This document shows positions 1 through 9,623 of a stretch of 64,000 bases of DNA, in pieces. The DNA is from Chloroflexia bacterium (GTDB lineage: Bacteria > Chloroflexota > Chloroflexia > QHBQ01 > JAICKM01). The notes beneath the pieces were generated by a model. The model ran no database searches. It saw only the letters and a list, made by a program, of their open reading frames with translations, and had not been told where the DNA came from. A program made the translations under genes and the position numbers. How positions within the stretch are numbered: the first letter of the stretch is position 1; each line of letters opens with the position of its first letter. The stretch is from contig JBBRPH010000020.1 of NCBI GenBank assembly GCA_038228295.1, forward strand, positions 3,534-67,533, given 5' to 3'.

Positions 1-78
1 GGTTGCTACGCGGTCAAAGTCGAAGACGGAGGTCTGTTTGTGGACCCCGTGCCGGTTACGTCTCGGTCGCTACGCTAA
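1..78 (+). CDS. 3' end of an upstream gene (GCYAVKVEDGGLFVDP...), possibly a Rieske/ferredoxin-like C-terminus
   Basis: Frame 1 is open from the window start to TAA at 76-78, immediately before the ATG at 79; YxVxVExGxxxV resembles Rieske ferredoxin C-termini. Confidence 0.35.
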   Translation, partial: GCYAVKVEDGGLFVDPVPVTSRSLR

Positions 79-723
79 ATGACCCTGCTGACGGCGATGT
101 GGGCTTACCTGAGCGAAAATAGCGCTCGCTTTTGGCAAGCGTTGGGCACGCACCTATCCCTCAGCGCCGGCGCGCTGCTGATCGCGTTGCTGGTGGCGGT
201 GCCGCTGGGCATCGGCACCAGTCGCTGGGCTGGCGCAGGGCGTGTGGTGCTGAACGTGGTCGGGGTGGCGCGGGTGGTGCCCAGCATCGCCGTCCTCATG
301 TTGCTGCTGCCGATCCTGGGCACCGGCTTCCCCCCGTCGTTAGTGGCGCTTACGTTGCTGGCCGCACCGCCGGTCTTGCTCAACACCGATGCCGGGCTGC
401 GGGCGATTGACCCGGCCATTCTCGAAGCCGGGCGCGGCATGGGCTATCCGGCGGTCCGACTCTTGCGAGAAGTGCAACTGCCGCTGGCCTTGCCGGTTAT
501 TTTGGCGGGGGTTCGCACGGCGGCAGTGGAGGTAATCGCCAGCGCTACCCTGGCGACATTTATCGGCGGTGGCGGCTTGGGCCAGTTTATCGTATCGGGA
601 TTGGCCCTCTCCAACAACGCTATTCTCCTGGCAGGCGCGTTACCCATCGCTGCGCTGGCGCTCACAGTGGAAGCCGGCCTCGCCGGCTTGCAACGGGCGG
701 CAACCCGCCGGGCGACAGCCTAA
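79..723 (+). CDS. Osmoprotectant (glycine betaine/choline) ABC transporter permease
   Basis: Hydrophobic; EAA loop ILEAGRGMG; PLALPVILAGVRTA and IGGGGLG typical of OpuBB/ProW. Confidence 0.92.
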   Translation: MTLLTAMWAYLSENSARFWQALGTHLSLSAGALLIALLVAVPLGIGTSRWAGAGRVVLNVVGVARVVPSIAVLMLLLPILGTGFPPSLVALTLLAAPPVLLNTDAGLRAIDPAILEAGRGMGYPAVRLLREVQLPLALPVILAGVRTAAVEVIASATLATFIGGGGLGQFIVSGLALSNNAILLAGALPIAALALTVEAGLAGLQRAATRRATA

Positions 724-868
724 TTCTCCGACTTCTCCTAACACGTAAGGAGAAGGAGAGCAGGGGTGCAGCGCAGGCAGTCACTTATTGTCAGGGCTAG
801 AGGTTTAGGGTAGTATAGTAAGGTTGTATCGTTGTTAAGTAGTATGTATCGCAAAGGAGGTTCTTCTG

Positions 869-1924
869 ATGAAATCCAACCGTTGGACACCGCTGCTGGC
901 TGGGCTACTGGCGGCGAGTTCGCTATTGGTTGCCTGCGGTGGCGATGCCACCTCACCGACCGTGCCGAGCGGCACAATCCAGACGCCCGGCCCTACCGCC
1001 GGCGGTGCGGGCGCCGCCCCTACTGCCGCGATGGCCGGCATGACCCCCACTGATGCGATGGGCGGCGCGGGGATGACTCCCACTGCCGGCAGCGGCCCGG
1101 TGATGACCAAAGCCAAAGTCGTGATCGGCTCCAAAAACTTCACCGAAGAACTGTTGGTGGGCGAGATGTATGCCTTAATGCTTGAGCACGCGGGTATTCC
1201 GGTGGGACGACAGTTGAACCTGGGCGAAACCGACATCGCACAGGCCGCGCTGGTAAAAGGCGACATCGGCCTCTATCCTGAGTACACCGGCACCGGCTTG
1301 CTTGTCGTGCTGAAAAAGGATGTCATGTCGGACGAAAAGGCCGTTTACGACACAGTGAAAAAGGAATATGAGTCGCAGTTTAAGCTGACTTGGTTGGATG
1401 AAGCGCCGATGAACGACACCCAGGCGTTGGCGACCACCAAAGCCGTAGCCGACAAATACGGCCTGAAAACGCTGTCCGACGTGTCGGCCAAAGCGCCGCA
1501 ATTGCGCTTGGCGACCATTCCGGCCTTCCAAGACCGTCCGGACGGCATCAAAGGCTTGCAGCGCGTCTATGGTGGCTTTGCCTTCAAGAGTATGGACATC
1601 TTCGACATCGGCCTCAAGTATAAAGCGCTGCTTGACGGCAAAGCCGATGTGGCAGTAGCCTTCAGCACAGACGGCGCGATTGCCGGCGACGGGCTACAGA
1701 TTCTGCAAGACGATAAAGGGCTGTGGCCGCCGTATCATCTCGCCCCGGTGGTGCGTGATGATGTGTTGGCCGCCAATCCCAAGATCGCCGATGTACTCAA
1801 CAGCCTGGCCCCCAAACTGACCAGCGATGCCGTTGCGGCTCTCAACTGGGAAGTAGACGGCAAAAAACGCGACTACCAGGATGTCGCCAAAGAGTTCCTA
1901 ACCCAACAAGGGATGTTGAAGTAG
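869..1924 (+). CDS. Glycine betaine/choline ABC substrate-binding lipoprotein
   Basis: SD AAGGAGG; lipobox LVAC; IGSKNFTEE and YPEYTGT motifs of the OpuBC/OsmF family. Confidence 0.93.
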   Translation: MKSNRWTPLLAGLLAASSLLVACGGDATSPTVPSGTIQTPGPTAGGAGAAPTAAMAGMTPTDAMGGAGMTPTAGSGPVMTKAKVVIGSKNFTEELLVGEMYALMLEHAGIPVGRQLNLGETDIAQAALVKGDIGLYPEYTGTGLLVVLKKDVMSDEKAVYDTVKKEYESQFKLTWLDEAPMNDTQALATTKAVADKYGLKTLSDVSAKAPQLRLATIPAFQDRPDGIKGLQRVYGGFAFKSMDIFDIGLKYKALLDGKADVAVAFSTDGAIAGDGLQILQDDKGLWPPYHLAPVVRDDVLAANPKIADVLNSLAPKLTSDAVAALNWEVDGKKRDYQDVAKEFLTQQGMLK

Positions 1925-2036
1925 AACGTAAACGTAAAACGTAATGCGTTAAGAGTCTTGCCCAAACGTTGCTGCGGCAGCAGTCAATAATGGAATCAAG
2001 ATCTTAGCGCATTACGTTTTACGCTTTACATTCTAC
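1921..2036. repeat. Intergenic imperfect inverted repeat built from heptamer (CGTAAAA-like) units
   Basis: cgtaaaacgtaatgcgttaagagtcttg (1933-1960) pairs with caagatcttagcgcattacgttttacg (1997-2023). Confidence 0.75.
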
Positions 2037-2045
2037 GCATTACCC

Positions 2046-3005
2046 ATGACCGACCAACCCGCCATTCGCTTCGATAATGCGCAAAAGCGGTTCCCCGGCG
2101 CGCCGCGACCCGCCGTAGTAGGGGCGAGCCTAGCTGTGCCGGCGGGTGATCTGGTGGTGCTGCTGGGGCCGTCCGGCTGCGGCAAGACGACGCTGCTCAA
2201 GCTGGTCAACCGGCTCTACGAATTGTCCGGTGGACGCATTGAGGTGGAGGGTGCGGACATCACAGGCGTGCCGATTGAGGCGTTGCGGCGGCGGATCGGC
2301 TATGTGATCCAGAACGTGGGCCTGTTTCCGCATATGCGGGTGGGGCGTAACGTGGCCGTGGTGCCGCACCTGCTGGGCTGGGCGACCCACCGCACGGCGG
2401 TGCGGGTAGATGAACTGTTGGACTTGGTGGGCTTGCCGGCCGCCGAGTACCGCGACCGCTACCCGGCCCAGCTATCGGGGGGGCAGCAGCAGCGGGTGGG
2501 CCTCGCACGCGCCCTGGCGGCCGACCCCCCCATCCTGCTGATGGACGAGCCGTTTGCGGCCATTGACAATATCACACGCACGCGCCTGCAAGACGCACTA
2601 CGCGACATCCAACGTCACGTCCGTAAAACGATCCTGTTCGTGACCCACGACGTAGAGGAAGCCTTGCGCTTGGCCGACCGCATTGTGGTCATGCGTGATG
2701 GTGCGGTGCTGCAATACGACACACCACTCGCCCTACTCACGCAGCCCGCCGACCCTTTTGTGGCCCGCCTCCTTGGTGCCGACGATGCCCTGCGCCGCCT
2801 TAGCCTAATGCCGGTTAGCGCAGCCCTCAGCGCGAGCGGGGCCGATGGATCGGCGGATGGGCCGGCACTGGATCCTAGTGACAACCTACGCCACGCCCTC
2901 ACGCGCCTGCTTGCCGAAGGGCGTACCGCCTTACCTGTGACCGGAGGGGGACATTTATCCCTGGCGGCAATCCGTAACCTCGCCACCAATCCCGCTATCC
3001 TATAG
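2046..3005 (+). CDS. Osmoprotectant ABC transporter ATP-binding subunit
   Basis: Walker A GPSGCGKT, signature LSGGQQQR, Walker B LLMDE, H-loop VTHD. Confidence 0.94.
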   Translation: MTDQPAIRFDNAQKRFPGAPRPAVVGASLAVPAGDLVVLLGPSGCGKTTLLKLVNRLYELSGGRIEVEGADITGVPIEALRRRIGYVIQNVGLFPHMRVGRNVAVVPHLLGWATHRTAVRVDELLDLVGLPAAEYRDRYPAQLSGGQQQRVGLARALAADPPILLMDEPFAAIDNITRTRLQDALRDIQRHVRKTILFVTHDVEEALRLADRIVVMRDGAVLQYDTPLALLTQPADPFVARLLGADDALRRLSLMPVSAALSASGADGSADGPALDPSDNLRHALTRLLAEGRTALPVTGGGHLSLAAIRNLATNPAIL

Positions 3006-3063
3006 CGACGGTTCCGCAAGGAACCCGCGATTGCTAGGTTACGGATTGAGCGAGGAGTTTTAC

Positions 3064-3483
3064 ATGACCCCGGAGCAGAAAGAAGCGGTACGTGTGTCGT
3101 TTGCCCAGGTCGTCCCGATTGCTGATCAAGCAGCGATCCTGTTTTACGACCGCCTGTTTACCTTAGACCCCAGTTTGCGCGCCTTGTTCCCGGCCGACCT
3201 GACCGCGCAACGGCGCAACCTGATGTAGATGATCGCGGTGGCGGTGGCGGGCCTAGACCGGCTGGAGGAAATAGTGCCGGCGATCCAGGCGCTTGGCCGG
3301 CGCCATTGCCAGTACGGCGTGCAGGATAGTTCGTATGCTACGGTGGGGACAGCACTGCTCTGGGCGTTGGAGCAAGGGCTTGGCCCCGCGTTCACGTCGG
3401 ATGTGCGCGCCGCTTGGACTACCGTCTACACCCTGCTGGCCGAGACGATGCAGAATGCACCGCTATTGGTTGCGGCGGCTTGA
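3064..3483 (+). pseudogene. Single-domain globin interrupted by in-frame TAG (3226-3228)
   Basis: SD GAGGAG then MTPEQKEAVRVSF..FYDRLF..ALFP..QRRNLM*MIAVAV..LGRRHCQYG..LLWALEQGLG; both ORF halves are in the same frame. Confidence 0.85.
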
Positions 3484-3496
3484 CGAGTAGCGCTTG

Positions 3497-3648
3497 CAGC
3501 GTAAAACGTAGAGTGTGCTACGTGCCCAATATCGTTAAAGGAATCGTGCGGAATTATGGATCACCGCCATCGGGTTAAAGAACGGGCTGAACATTTTGCC
3601 GAGTTCCTTGCTTGATTACCGTTACTAAACACTTTACGCTTTACGCTG
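3497..3648. repeat. Intergenic element with heptamer-based inverted ends
   Basis: cagcgtaaaacgtagagtgt (3497-3516) matches the reverse complement of acactttacgctttacgctg (3629-3648) at 18/20. Confidence 0.7.
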
Positions 3649-3658
3649 ATAGGAGCCA

Positions 3659-4333
3659 ATGGACTATCTGCTAACTCATCCGGACCGCGTGTGGCCGCGC
3701 GCCGTGGAGCATCTGCAACTGGTCGGCCTAGCGCTGGCATTCGCGCTGCTGATCGCCTTGCCGCTGGGCTGGCTGATCAGCCGGGTGCGCCCGCTGACGA
3801 CTCCGGTGCTGGGGGTGCTGGGCGTGATCTATACCATCCCCAGTCTGGCCCTATTTGTCTTGCTGATCCCGATCACCGGCCTCGGCCCGCGTACCGCGTT
3901 GATCGGCCTGGTGGCCTACGCCCAACTTGCGCTGGTTCGTAACACCGCTGTCGCTTTCACCGAGCTAGACCCGTCTATCCTCGAAGCGGCACGCGGCATG
4001 GGTATGACTGCCCGCCAGCAGTGGTGGCAGGTGGAACTGCCGTTGGCCTTGCCGGTGATCCTGACCGGGGTGCGGATCGCCACCCTATCCCTGATCAGCC
4101 TAGCGACGGTCGCGGCGTGGATCGGCGCGGGTGGTCTCGGCCAGATCCTGCTCAACGGCGTGAGCCAGGATAACCCGCCGGTGATTATCGCCGGGGTGAT
4201 CTGTGTGACCATTATGGCTCTGGCCGCCGACGGCTTGCTGCGGGGGCTAGAGTGGATCGTGCGGCGGGGGCCGCGCCGTTCGCAGGAGCCGGTCGCCGTT
4301 GATACCGCTGAGGCGGTGCCCGAACACGTATGA
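3659..4333 (+). CDS. Osmoprotectant ABC transporter permease (second)
   Basis: YTIPSLAL, ILEAARGMG, IGAGGLG motifs. Confidence 0.92.
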   Translation: MDYLLTHPDRVWPRAVEHLQLVGLALAFALLIALPLGWLISRVRPLTTPVLGVLGVIYTIPSLALFVLLIPITGLGPRTALIGLVAYAQLALVRNTAVAFTELDPSILEAARGMGMTARQQWWQVELPLALPVILTGVRIATLSLISLATVAAWIGAGGLGQILLNGVSQDNPPVIIAGVICVTIMALAADGLLRGLEWIVRRGPRRSQEPVAVDTAEAVPEHV

Positions 4334-4989
4334 TCCCGCCACGCACCGGTGTTGTTTCTCCGCCTACGCCTGCAACCACGCGCCCGGCCCTCACCTGGGA
4401 TTATGCCGGGCGCGTGGTGATGCTGGTGGTTGGGCTGTTCGCCTTTGCGCTCGGCATTGTCTGTAACTACAAAGCCGGCATTGGCCTCGGCCCGTGGGAT
4501 TGCTTTCACCTCGGCCTCAGCTTGCACCTGCCGATCACGCCCGGCCAGGCCAGCGAACTCACCGGCGCGCTAATCATCGTCTGCTCGTTGGCGTTCGGCG
4601 TGCGTCCCGGCGTCGGCACTCTTTGCAACATGGTTCTCATCGGCCAGTTTTTCGACGCGCTGAATAGCCGCCTGCCCAGTCTAGCGGAGGCCGCATTGCC
4701 GTGGCGCATCGCGTTGCAATTGCTGGGCATCGCTATCATCGGCTTCGGTTCCGGCCTCTATATCCGCGCTAACCTGGGCGCGGGTCCGCGCGACAGCCTG
4801 ATGCTGGCTCTCACGCGGCACACGGGTCAGCGCGTCGCTGTGGTGCGTGGGCTGGTGGAACTGAGCGCGCTAGGTATCGGCTTTCTGCTCGGCGGGACCG
4901 TCGGTCTGGGCACGCTGATCTATCCCTTCGCCATTGGCCCCGCCGTCGAAGCCGGTTTCCGCCTCTTTCGTGTGCAGGCGCGGCATTAG
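4330..4989 (+). CDS. YczE/YitT-family membrane protein
   Basis: GLGPWD, GAGPRDSLM and GGTVGLGT motifs; ATGA overlap with upstream gene. Confidence 0.85.
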   Translation: MIPPRTGVVSPPTPATTRPALTWDYAGRVVMLVVGLFAFALGIVCNYKAGIGLGPWDCFHLGLSLHLPITPGQASELTGALIIVCSLAFGVRPGVGTLCNMVLIGQFFDALNSRLPSLAEAALPWRIALQLLGIAIIGFGSGLYIRANLGAGPRDSLMLALTRHTGQRVAVVRGLVELSALGIGFLLGGTVGLGTLIYPFAIGPAVEAGFRLFRVQARH

Positions 4990-5032
4990 CGCAGGCGCCC
5001 ATCTCCGGCCTGTTACCGCCGCAGCCTGCTTG

Positions 5033-5425
5033 CTAACCCTCATCCTCCACCGCGTTGCGCAGCCAACGGATGGTAGGGGTGGAGTCACGGTCAAAGTGGA
5101 GCGCGATTACGTCAATGCGCCAGGCGGCGTCGGCAGATAGGTCGTGGACGGCTAAATAGGCCAGAGCGAGGGTCATTACTTGGCGGCGCTTGGCCGGCGT
5201 GACGGATTCGGCGGCAGGCCCGATTCCAGCGCGGCGGGTGCGAACCTCGACAAACACCAGTGTGTCGCCATCGCGGGCGATCAGGTCCAGTTCGCCACGC
5301 ACATAGGGTGCCATAGCGGTGCCGGTGGGCCGCCAGCCGCGCGCCTCAATGGTCAGACCCTGAGCCTCTAGATAGGCAGCGGCGGCCGTTTCACCCTGGC
5401 GACCTAATGCGCGGCGGCTATCCAT
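5033..5425 (-). CDS. yraN: YraN family (UPF0102) predicted endonuclease
   Basis: LGRQGETAAAAYL, GELDLIA, LVFVEVRTR, RIDVIA; start MDSRR overlaps the end of rnhB. Confidence 0.88.
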   Translation of the reverse strand: MDSRRALGRQGETAAAAYLEAQGLTIEARGWRPTGTAMAPYVRGELDLIARDGDTLVFVEVRTRRAGIGPAAESVTPAKRRQVMTLALAYLAVHDLSADAAWRIDVIALHFDRDSTPTIRWLRNAVEDEG

Positions 5426-6176
5426 CGCTCGGCTCCATCCAGTCCGGCTCTGCCGGGATAGCACGGCCGGCGCTGCGGATCGGGGCGAATGAGCGCCGGT
5501 GGTGGGGGCTGGGGCCGTGGGCGCGTAGCGCGGCCAGGTGCGTGGCGGTGCCGTAGCCTTTGTTCTGGGCGAAAGCGTAGGCGGGCCAGTCGGCCGCGTA
5601 GCCGTCGAGCAGCCGGTCACGGGCCACTTTGGCGACAATCGAGGCGGCGGCGATACTAACGGCGCGCGAGTCCCCGCGGATCAGGCCGAGTTGTGGACCA
5701 GGCCACAGCGGCAAGCGGCAGGCGTCAATTAGCACGAAAGCGGGCGGGGCGGACAAGGCGCGCAGAGCGCGGGTGAGGGCGAGCCGGTTGGCCGCACCCA
5801 TGCCGATGCGGTCGCATAGCGCCGCCGACACCGCGCCCAAGCCTACCGCGCCCTGCCGGCGGATACAGCCGTCCAACTCCACGCGCACGGCAGCCGTGAG
5901 TTGCTTGGAGTCGCGCACAGCGGTCAATTCGGCCAGCGCATCCGCCCAGGCGGGATCCGTGGCGCCGACGGCGCGGATCAGCGCGGCGGGAAAGATTACG
6001 GCGGCGGCCATGAGCGGCCCGGCCAACGCGCCCCGTCCCACTTCATCGCAACCGGCGACCGTGGCGTGGCCCGCGCCCAGCGCAGCGGCTTCATAGTTCC
6101 AATCGGGTATGAGTAAGCCCGGCGGGGCCGGCAGTACGCCGGTGGGCGGCTGCCACGGACGACGCGGCATAGGCAA
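5418..6176 (-). CDS. rnhB: Ribonuclease HII
   Basis: GCDEVGRG, DSKQL, SIAAASIVAKVARD, NKGYGT, HRRSFAP. Confidence 0.95.
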   Translation of the reverse strand: MPMPRRPWQPPTGVLPAPPGLLIPDWNYEAAALGAGHATVAGCDEVGRGALAGPLMAAAVIFPAALIRAVGATDPAWADALAELTAVRDSKQLTAAVRVELDGCIRRQGAVGLGAVSAALCDRIGMGAANRLALTRALRALSAPPAFVLIDACRLPLWPGPQLGLIRGDSRAVSIAAASIVAKVARDRLLDGYAADWPAYAFAQNKGYGTATHLAALRAHGPSPHHRRSFAPIRSAGRAIPAEPDWMEPSDG

Positions 6177-6246
6177 AAGCCTCGCTTAAACAGCGCAGCG
6201 CATGGCCCACTGGGCCATGCGCTGCTGGAGTCGGGCGCGGATGCGC

Positions 6247-6600
6247 TTAGACGAATCGCTTTTCCTTAATGCGCGCGGCTTTGCCGGTGCGCTTGCGCAG
6301 ATAATACAACTGGGCGCGGCGTACCAACCCACGACGGGTCACTTCGATTTTGTCAATGCGCGGCGAGTTGAGCATAAAGGTGCGCTCCACGCCGATGCTG
6401 TGCGAGGCGATGCGGCGCACTGTGAAGTTAGCGGCGATGCCGCCGGCGCGCTTACGCATCACGGTGCCCTCGAAAATCTGGATGCGCTCACGAGTGCCTT
6501 CTACGACTTTCGCATGGACACGCACCGTATCGCCGGGGCCGAAATCCGGGATGTCCGTCCGCAACTGGGACGCACTGACGGCTCGTAACAACTCATTCAT
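6247..6600 (-). CDS. rplS: 50S ribosomal protein L19
   Basis: [36 protein letters not shown]. Confidence 0.97.
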   Translation of the reverse strand: MNELLRAVSASQLRTDIPDFGPGDTVRVHAKVVEGTRERIQIFEGTVMRKRAGGIAANFTVRRIASHSIGVERTFMLNSPRIDKIEVTRRGLVRRAQLYYLRKRTGKAARIKEKRFV

Positions 6601-6710
6601 ACCAAAACTCCTGTCCAACGCCGGCTACCCAACGGGATGCCAAAATCTATGTCGGAACGATGCGTGCCAAAAGCACTCTTGCGCCCGTAGCGTGTTTGGG
6701 CGCGACGTTT

Positions 6711-6744
6711 AGTATATCATACTCGTTAGAAAGGTGCAAGTCAA
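6711..6744 (-). promoter_or_regulatory. sigma70-type promoter(s) of rplS
   Basis: Minus strand TTGACT-17-TATGAT overlapping TTGCAC-17-TATACT. Confidence 0.55.
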
Positions 6745-6792
6745 ATGCGTGTGTTTAGGGATCAGGGCGTGAAGGGGTAGGAGCGCAAACCG

Positions 6793-7278
6793 TTGCGCGT
6801 GAGGAGCCTTATGCAACCATCGTCGTATCATATACCGCCGCCGGAGCCGCCGGGTACCCTACGCGCCGCCGGTGGGCGGGCCGCCGATGCGACGTTGGCG
6901 GCGGTGACCCATGCGGCTATCTTGTTTGGCCTATTCGGGGTGGGATTTCTGATCACGCTCGCGATCAACCTGGGCATCTGGTTCTATAGCCGCCGGTCGC
7001 CTTTTGTGTCCTACCACGCCCGGCAGGCGGGCTGCTACCAGTGTTTCGTGCTGCTGGTCAATGTGGTCTATGTCTTTGTCGGTCTATTGCTGTTCGGCTT
7101 CGTGACGGTCTATCCCCAGTGGACCTGGATCGGATCGTTGTTGTTTGTGGTGGTTGTGGCGGGGGTGGTATGGTTTGTGGTCAGCATCCTGTATGGAGTA
7201 TGGGCGGCGGTGTGCGTGCTGCTCGGCAAGCCGTTTGCCTATCCCGTGTTTGGCCGCTGGGCGGCAAAGGGCAAGTAG
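6793..7278 (+). CDS. DUF4870-like membrane protein
   Basis: Three TM segments; SPFVSYHARQA and GKPFAYP motifs; start may be ATG 6811. Confidence 0.75.
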   Translation: MRVRSLMQPSSYHIPPPEPPGTLRAAGGRAADATLAAVTHAAILFGLFGVGFLITLAINLGIWFYSRRSPFVSYHARQAGCYQCFVLLVNVVYVFVGLLLFGFVTVYPQWTWIGSLLFVVVVAGVVWFVVSILYGVWAAVCVLLGKPFAYPVFGRWAAKGK

Positions 7279-7313
7279 CCGATCCCTATGATAAAGCCCA
7301 CGTATCTACCCCA

Positions 7314-7342
7314 TTGACAGCTCCTACTGCGCCTGCTATACT
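7314..7342 (+). promoter_or_regulatory. sigma70 promoter of the DUF485-actP operon
   Basis: TTGACA-17 bp-TATACT. Confidence 0.75.
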
Positions 7343-7421
7343 CTGCGCTTAATCGGAGGTCGCACCGCTACGACCTTTGCTGAGGCACTGGTAGGAGGAT
7401 CGATTCGCAGGAGGTAGCAAT

Positions 7422-7868
7422 ATGGCTGGCGCAAACGCAGGTCGCCCCGCCCGGCGGGACTTGACCCCCGTCGTGGGGGCTCCCACCGATGTTAGCCCCG
7501 TAGGGCGCAGCGGAGTCAAACCCGCACATGAACAGACCGCGCAGGAAGACCGCGATATGGCCGCCTGGGACGAGGTGGCCGCGATGACCGAGTTCCGGCA
7601 GTTGGTGGCCGCTAAGATCCGCTTTATTGTGCCCGCCACGATCTTTTTCCTGGTGTACTACCTGTTGTTGCCCCTGCTAGTGGGCCTCGCCCCCGATTTG
7701 ATGAAGACAAAAATTCTCGGTCAGGTCAACCTCGCCTATCTGTTCGCCCTCTCGCAGTTCATCATGGCCTGGATTTTGGCCTTCATCTACCTGCGGCAGG
7801 CCGGTGTGTTTGACGACATGGTGCGCGGCATCATCGCCAAGCTGCGCGCTGCACGGGGAGGGCAATAG
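7422..7868 (+). CDS. DUF485 membrane protein (ActP partner)
   Basis: [25 protein letters not shown]; directly upstream of actP. Confidence 0.88.
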   Translation: MAGANAGRPARRDLTPVVGAPTDVSPVGRSGVKPAHEQTAQEDRDMAAWDEVAAMTEFRQLVAAKIRFIVPATIFFLVYYLLLPLLVGLAPDLMKTKILGQVNLAYLFALSQFIMAWILAFIYLRQAGVFDDMVRGIIAKLRAARGGQ

Positions 7869-7870
7869 CA

Positions 7871-9481
7871 ATGTCTATCGCGCTGATTATGTTCGTGATC
7901 TTTATCGCCATCACGCTGGGCATCACCTACTGGGCCGCCCGCCAGTCCACCAACTCCGCCGCCTTTTTCGCCGCCAACCGCCAACTGACCGCTTGGCAAA
8001 ACGGCATCGCCGTGTCGGGCGACTATATGAGCGCGGCTTCGTTCCTGGGCATCGCCGGGCTGATCGCCTTCAACGGCTACGACGGCTTCATGTACTCAGT
8101 CGGCTTCCTGGTCGCCTATCTGACCGTGCTGCTGATCGTGGCCGAACCGCTGCGCAACGCCGGCAAATATACGATGGCCGATGTGCTGGCCTACCGGTTA
8201 CAGGCCCGCCCGGTGCGTTCGATGGCCGCTCTTAGCACGCTCACGGTCAGCACCTTCTATATGATCGCCCAGATGATCGGTGCGGGCACGTTGGTGACGC
8301 TGTTGCTTAGTTCATCGGGTATCAAGTATGAAGCGGCCGTGATCGGCGTGGGCATCCTGATGATCGTCTACGTGGTGTTCGGGGGAATGCTGGCGACCAC
8401 CTGGGTGCAGATCATCAAAGCGATCCTGTTGATGGGCGGCACGATCATCCTCAGCATCATGGTCCTCGGCAACTACGGGTTCGACCTGGGCCGCTTCTTC
8501 GACGCGGTGAGCCATGTGCAATACACCGACGCGACGACCCACGCCCTCGTAACCAAAAACTTCTTGGAGCCGGGCCTGCTCTACAAGGGTGGCTTTTTCA
8601 CGAAGCCTTACGGCGGGTTGGACTTGCTCTCGCTGGGGTTGGCCCTCGTGCTGGGCACGGCGGGGCTGCCGCATATCCTGGTGCGCTTCTATACCGTGCC
8701 TAATGCGAAGACGGCCCGCATTAGCATCGTCTGGGCGATGCTGATCATCGGCTTCTTCTATATTCTGACCACCTTCCTCGGCTGGGGTGCGGCGACGCTG
8801 GTGGGCCGTGATTTTATCGCCAAGAACGGCGGCACCAACATGGCCGCGCCGCTATTGGCGCAAAAGCTGGGCGGCGAGGTGTTTTTCGCCTTCATCTCGG
8901 CCATTGCCTTCGCCACCATCCTGGCGGTGGTCGCTGGGTTGACGATCAGCGCCTCCACGTCTTTCGCGCACGACTTCTGGACCAACGTGGTGCGTCGGGG
9001 TAAGGAGCAGACGAAAGATGAAGAGGTGCGCGTTGCCCGCATTGCCGCCTTCGTGGTCGGCTTAGTCTCGATTGCGTTGGCGCTGGCCTTGAAGGATCTT
9101 AATGTGGCCTTCTTGGTCGGCCTAGCCTTCGCGGTCGCGGCTTCGGCCAACCTGCCGGTGATCGTCTTCTCGCTGTTCTGGAAGCGGTTTAACACCAACG
9201 GAGCGGTGATCGGCATTGCCACCGGGCTGATTGCTTCGCTGGTGCTGATTATCATCAGCCCCAGCATCATGGGCATTGACCCGGCGGGCACGGCCGGCGC
9301 AGCGCGCCACCTGATTCAGGCGAATGCGATCTTCCCGCTCAACAATCCAGGCATCGTCAGCATCCCGCTCGGCTTCCTGGGCGCCTATCTCGGCACGCTG
9401 CTGGGCCGCGAACCCAGCGCCGAAGCCCAATTCACCGAACTGAATGTGCGCGCTAACACGGGCCTGGGCGCCGAAGTCTAG
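7871..9481 (+). CDS. actP: Cation/acetate symporter (SSS family)
   Basis: [46 protein letters not shown]. Confidence 0.92.
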   Translation: MSIALIMFVIFIAITLGITYWAARQSTNSAAFFAANRQLTAWQNGIAVSGDYMSAASFLGIAGLIAFNGYDGFMYSVGFLVAYLTVLLIVAEPLRNAGKYTMADVLAYRLQARPVRSMAALSTLTVSTFYMIAQMIGAGTLVTLLLSSSGIKYEAAVIGVGILMIVYVVFGGMLATTWVQIIKAILLMGGTIILSIMVLGNYGFDLGRFFDAVSHVQYTDATTHALVTKNFLEPGLLYKGGFFTKPYGGLDLLSLGLALVLGTAGLPHILVRFYTVPNAKTARISIVWAMLIIGFFYILTTFLGWGAATLVGRDFIAKNGGTNMAAPLLAQKLGGEVFFAFISAIAFATILAVVAGLTISASTSFAHDFWTNVVRRGKEQTKDEEVRVARIAAFVVGLVSIALALALKDLNVAFLVGLAFAVAASANLPVIVFSLFWKRFNTNGAVIGIATGLIASLVLIIISPSIMGIDPAGTAGAARHLIQANAIFPLNNPGIVSIPLGFLGAYLGTLLGREPSAEAQFTELNVRANTGLGAEV

Positions 9482-9496
9482 CCGTCCTGTCGGTTA

Positions 9497-9541
9497 GCAA
9501 GCCTGGGGCTGGATCAGTGATCCAGCCCCAGGCTTGTTATT
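9497..9541. terminator. Hairpin terminator between convergent genes
   Basis: caagcctggggctggatca-g-tgatccagccccaggcttg perfect stem. Confidence 0.75.
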
Positions 9542-9563
9542 GGCCTAAGTTACCGATTGACGA

Positions 9564-9611
9564 CACCACGGCGACACAGGGATTGCTATTGATCTCCGTG
9601 TCTCCGTGGTG
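9564..9611. repeat. Nonamer-type inverted repeat (CACCACGG.../...CTCCGTGGTG)
   Basis: caccacggcgacacaggga ... tctccgtgtctccgtggtg; related ends at 45651-45834. Confidence 0.6.
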
Positions 9612-9623
9612 AATTGTCACGCT

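Noticed and set aside
3226-3228. Pyrrolysine or genome-wide TAG recoding
   Set aside because: Many clear genes here end in TAG (for example at 1924, 9481, 12000) and no pyl genes are in the window
5426-5638. N-terminal extension of YraN in the ORF track
   Set aside because: Overlaps rnhB; homology-like sequence begins at MDSRR (5425)
6601-6700. L19 leader RNA
   Set aside because: Position fits but I cannot recognise the consensus by eye; needs an Rfam scan
7351-7410. Riboswitch upstream of the actP operon
   Set aside because: Only short hairpins (ggtcg..cgacc) are visible; no known aptamer motif
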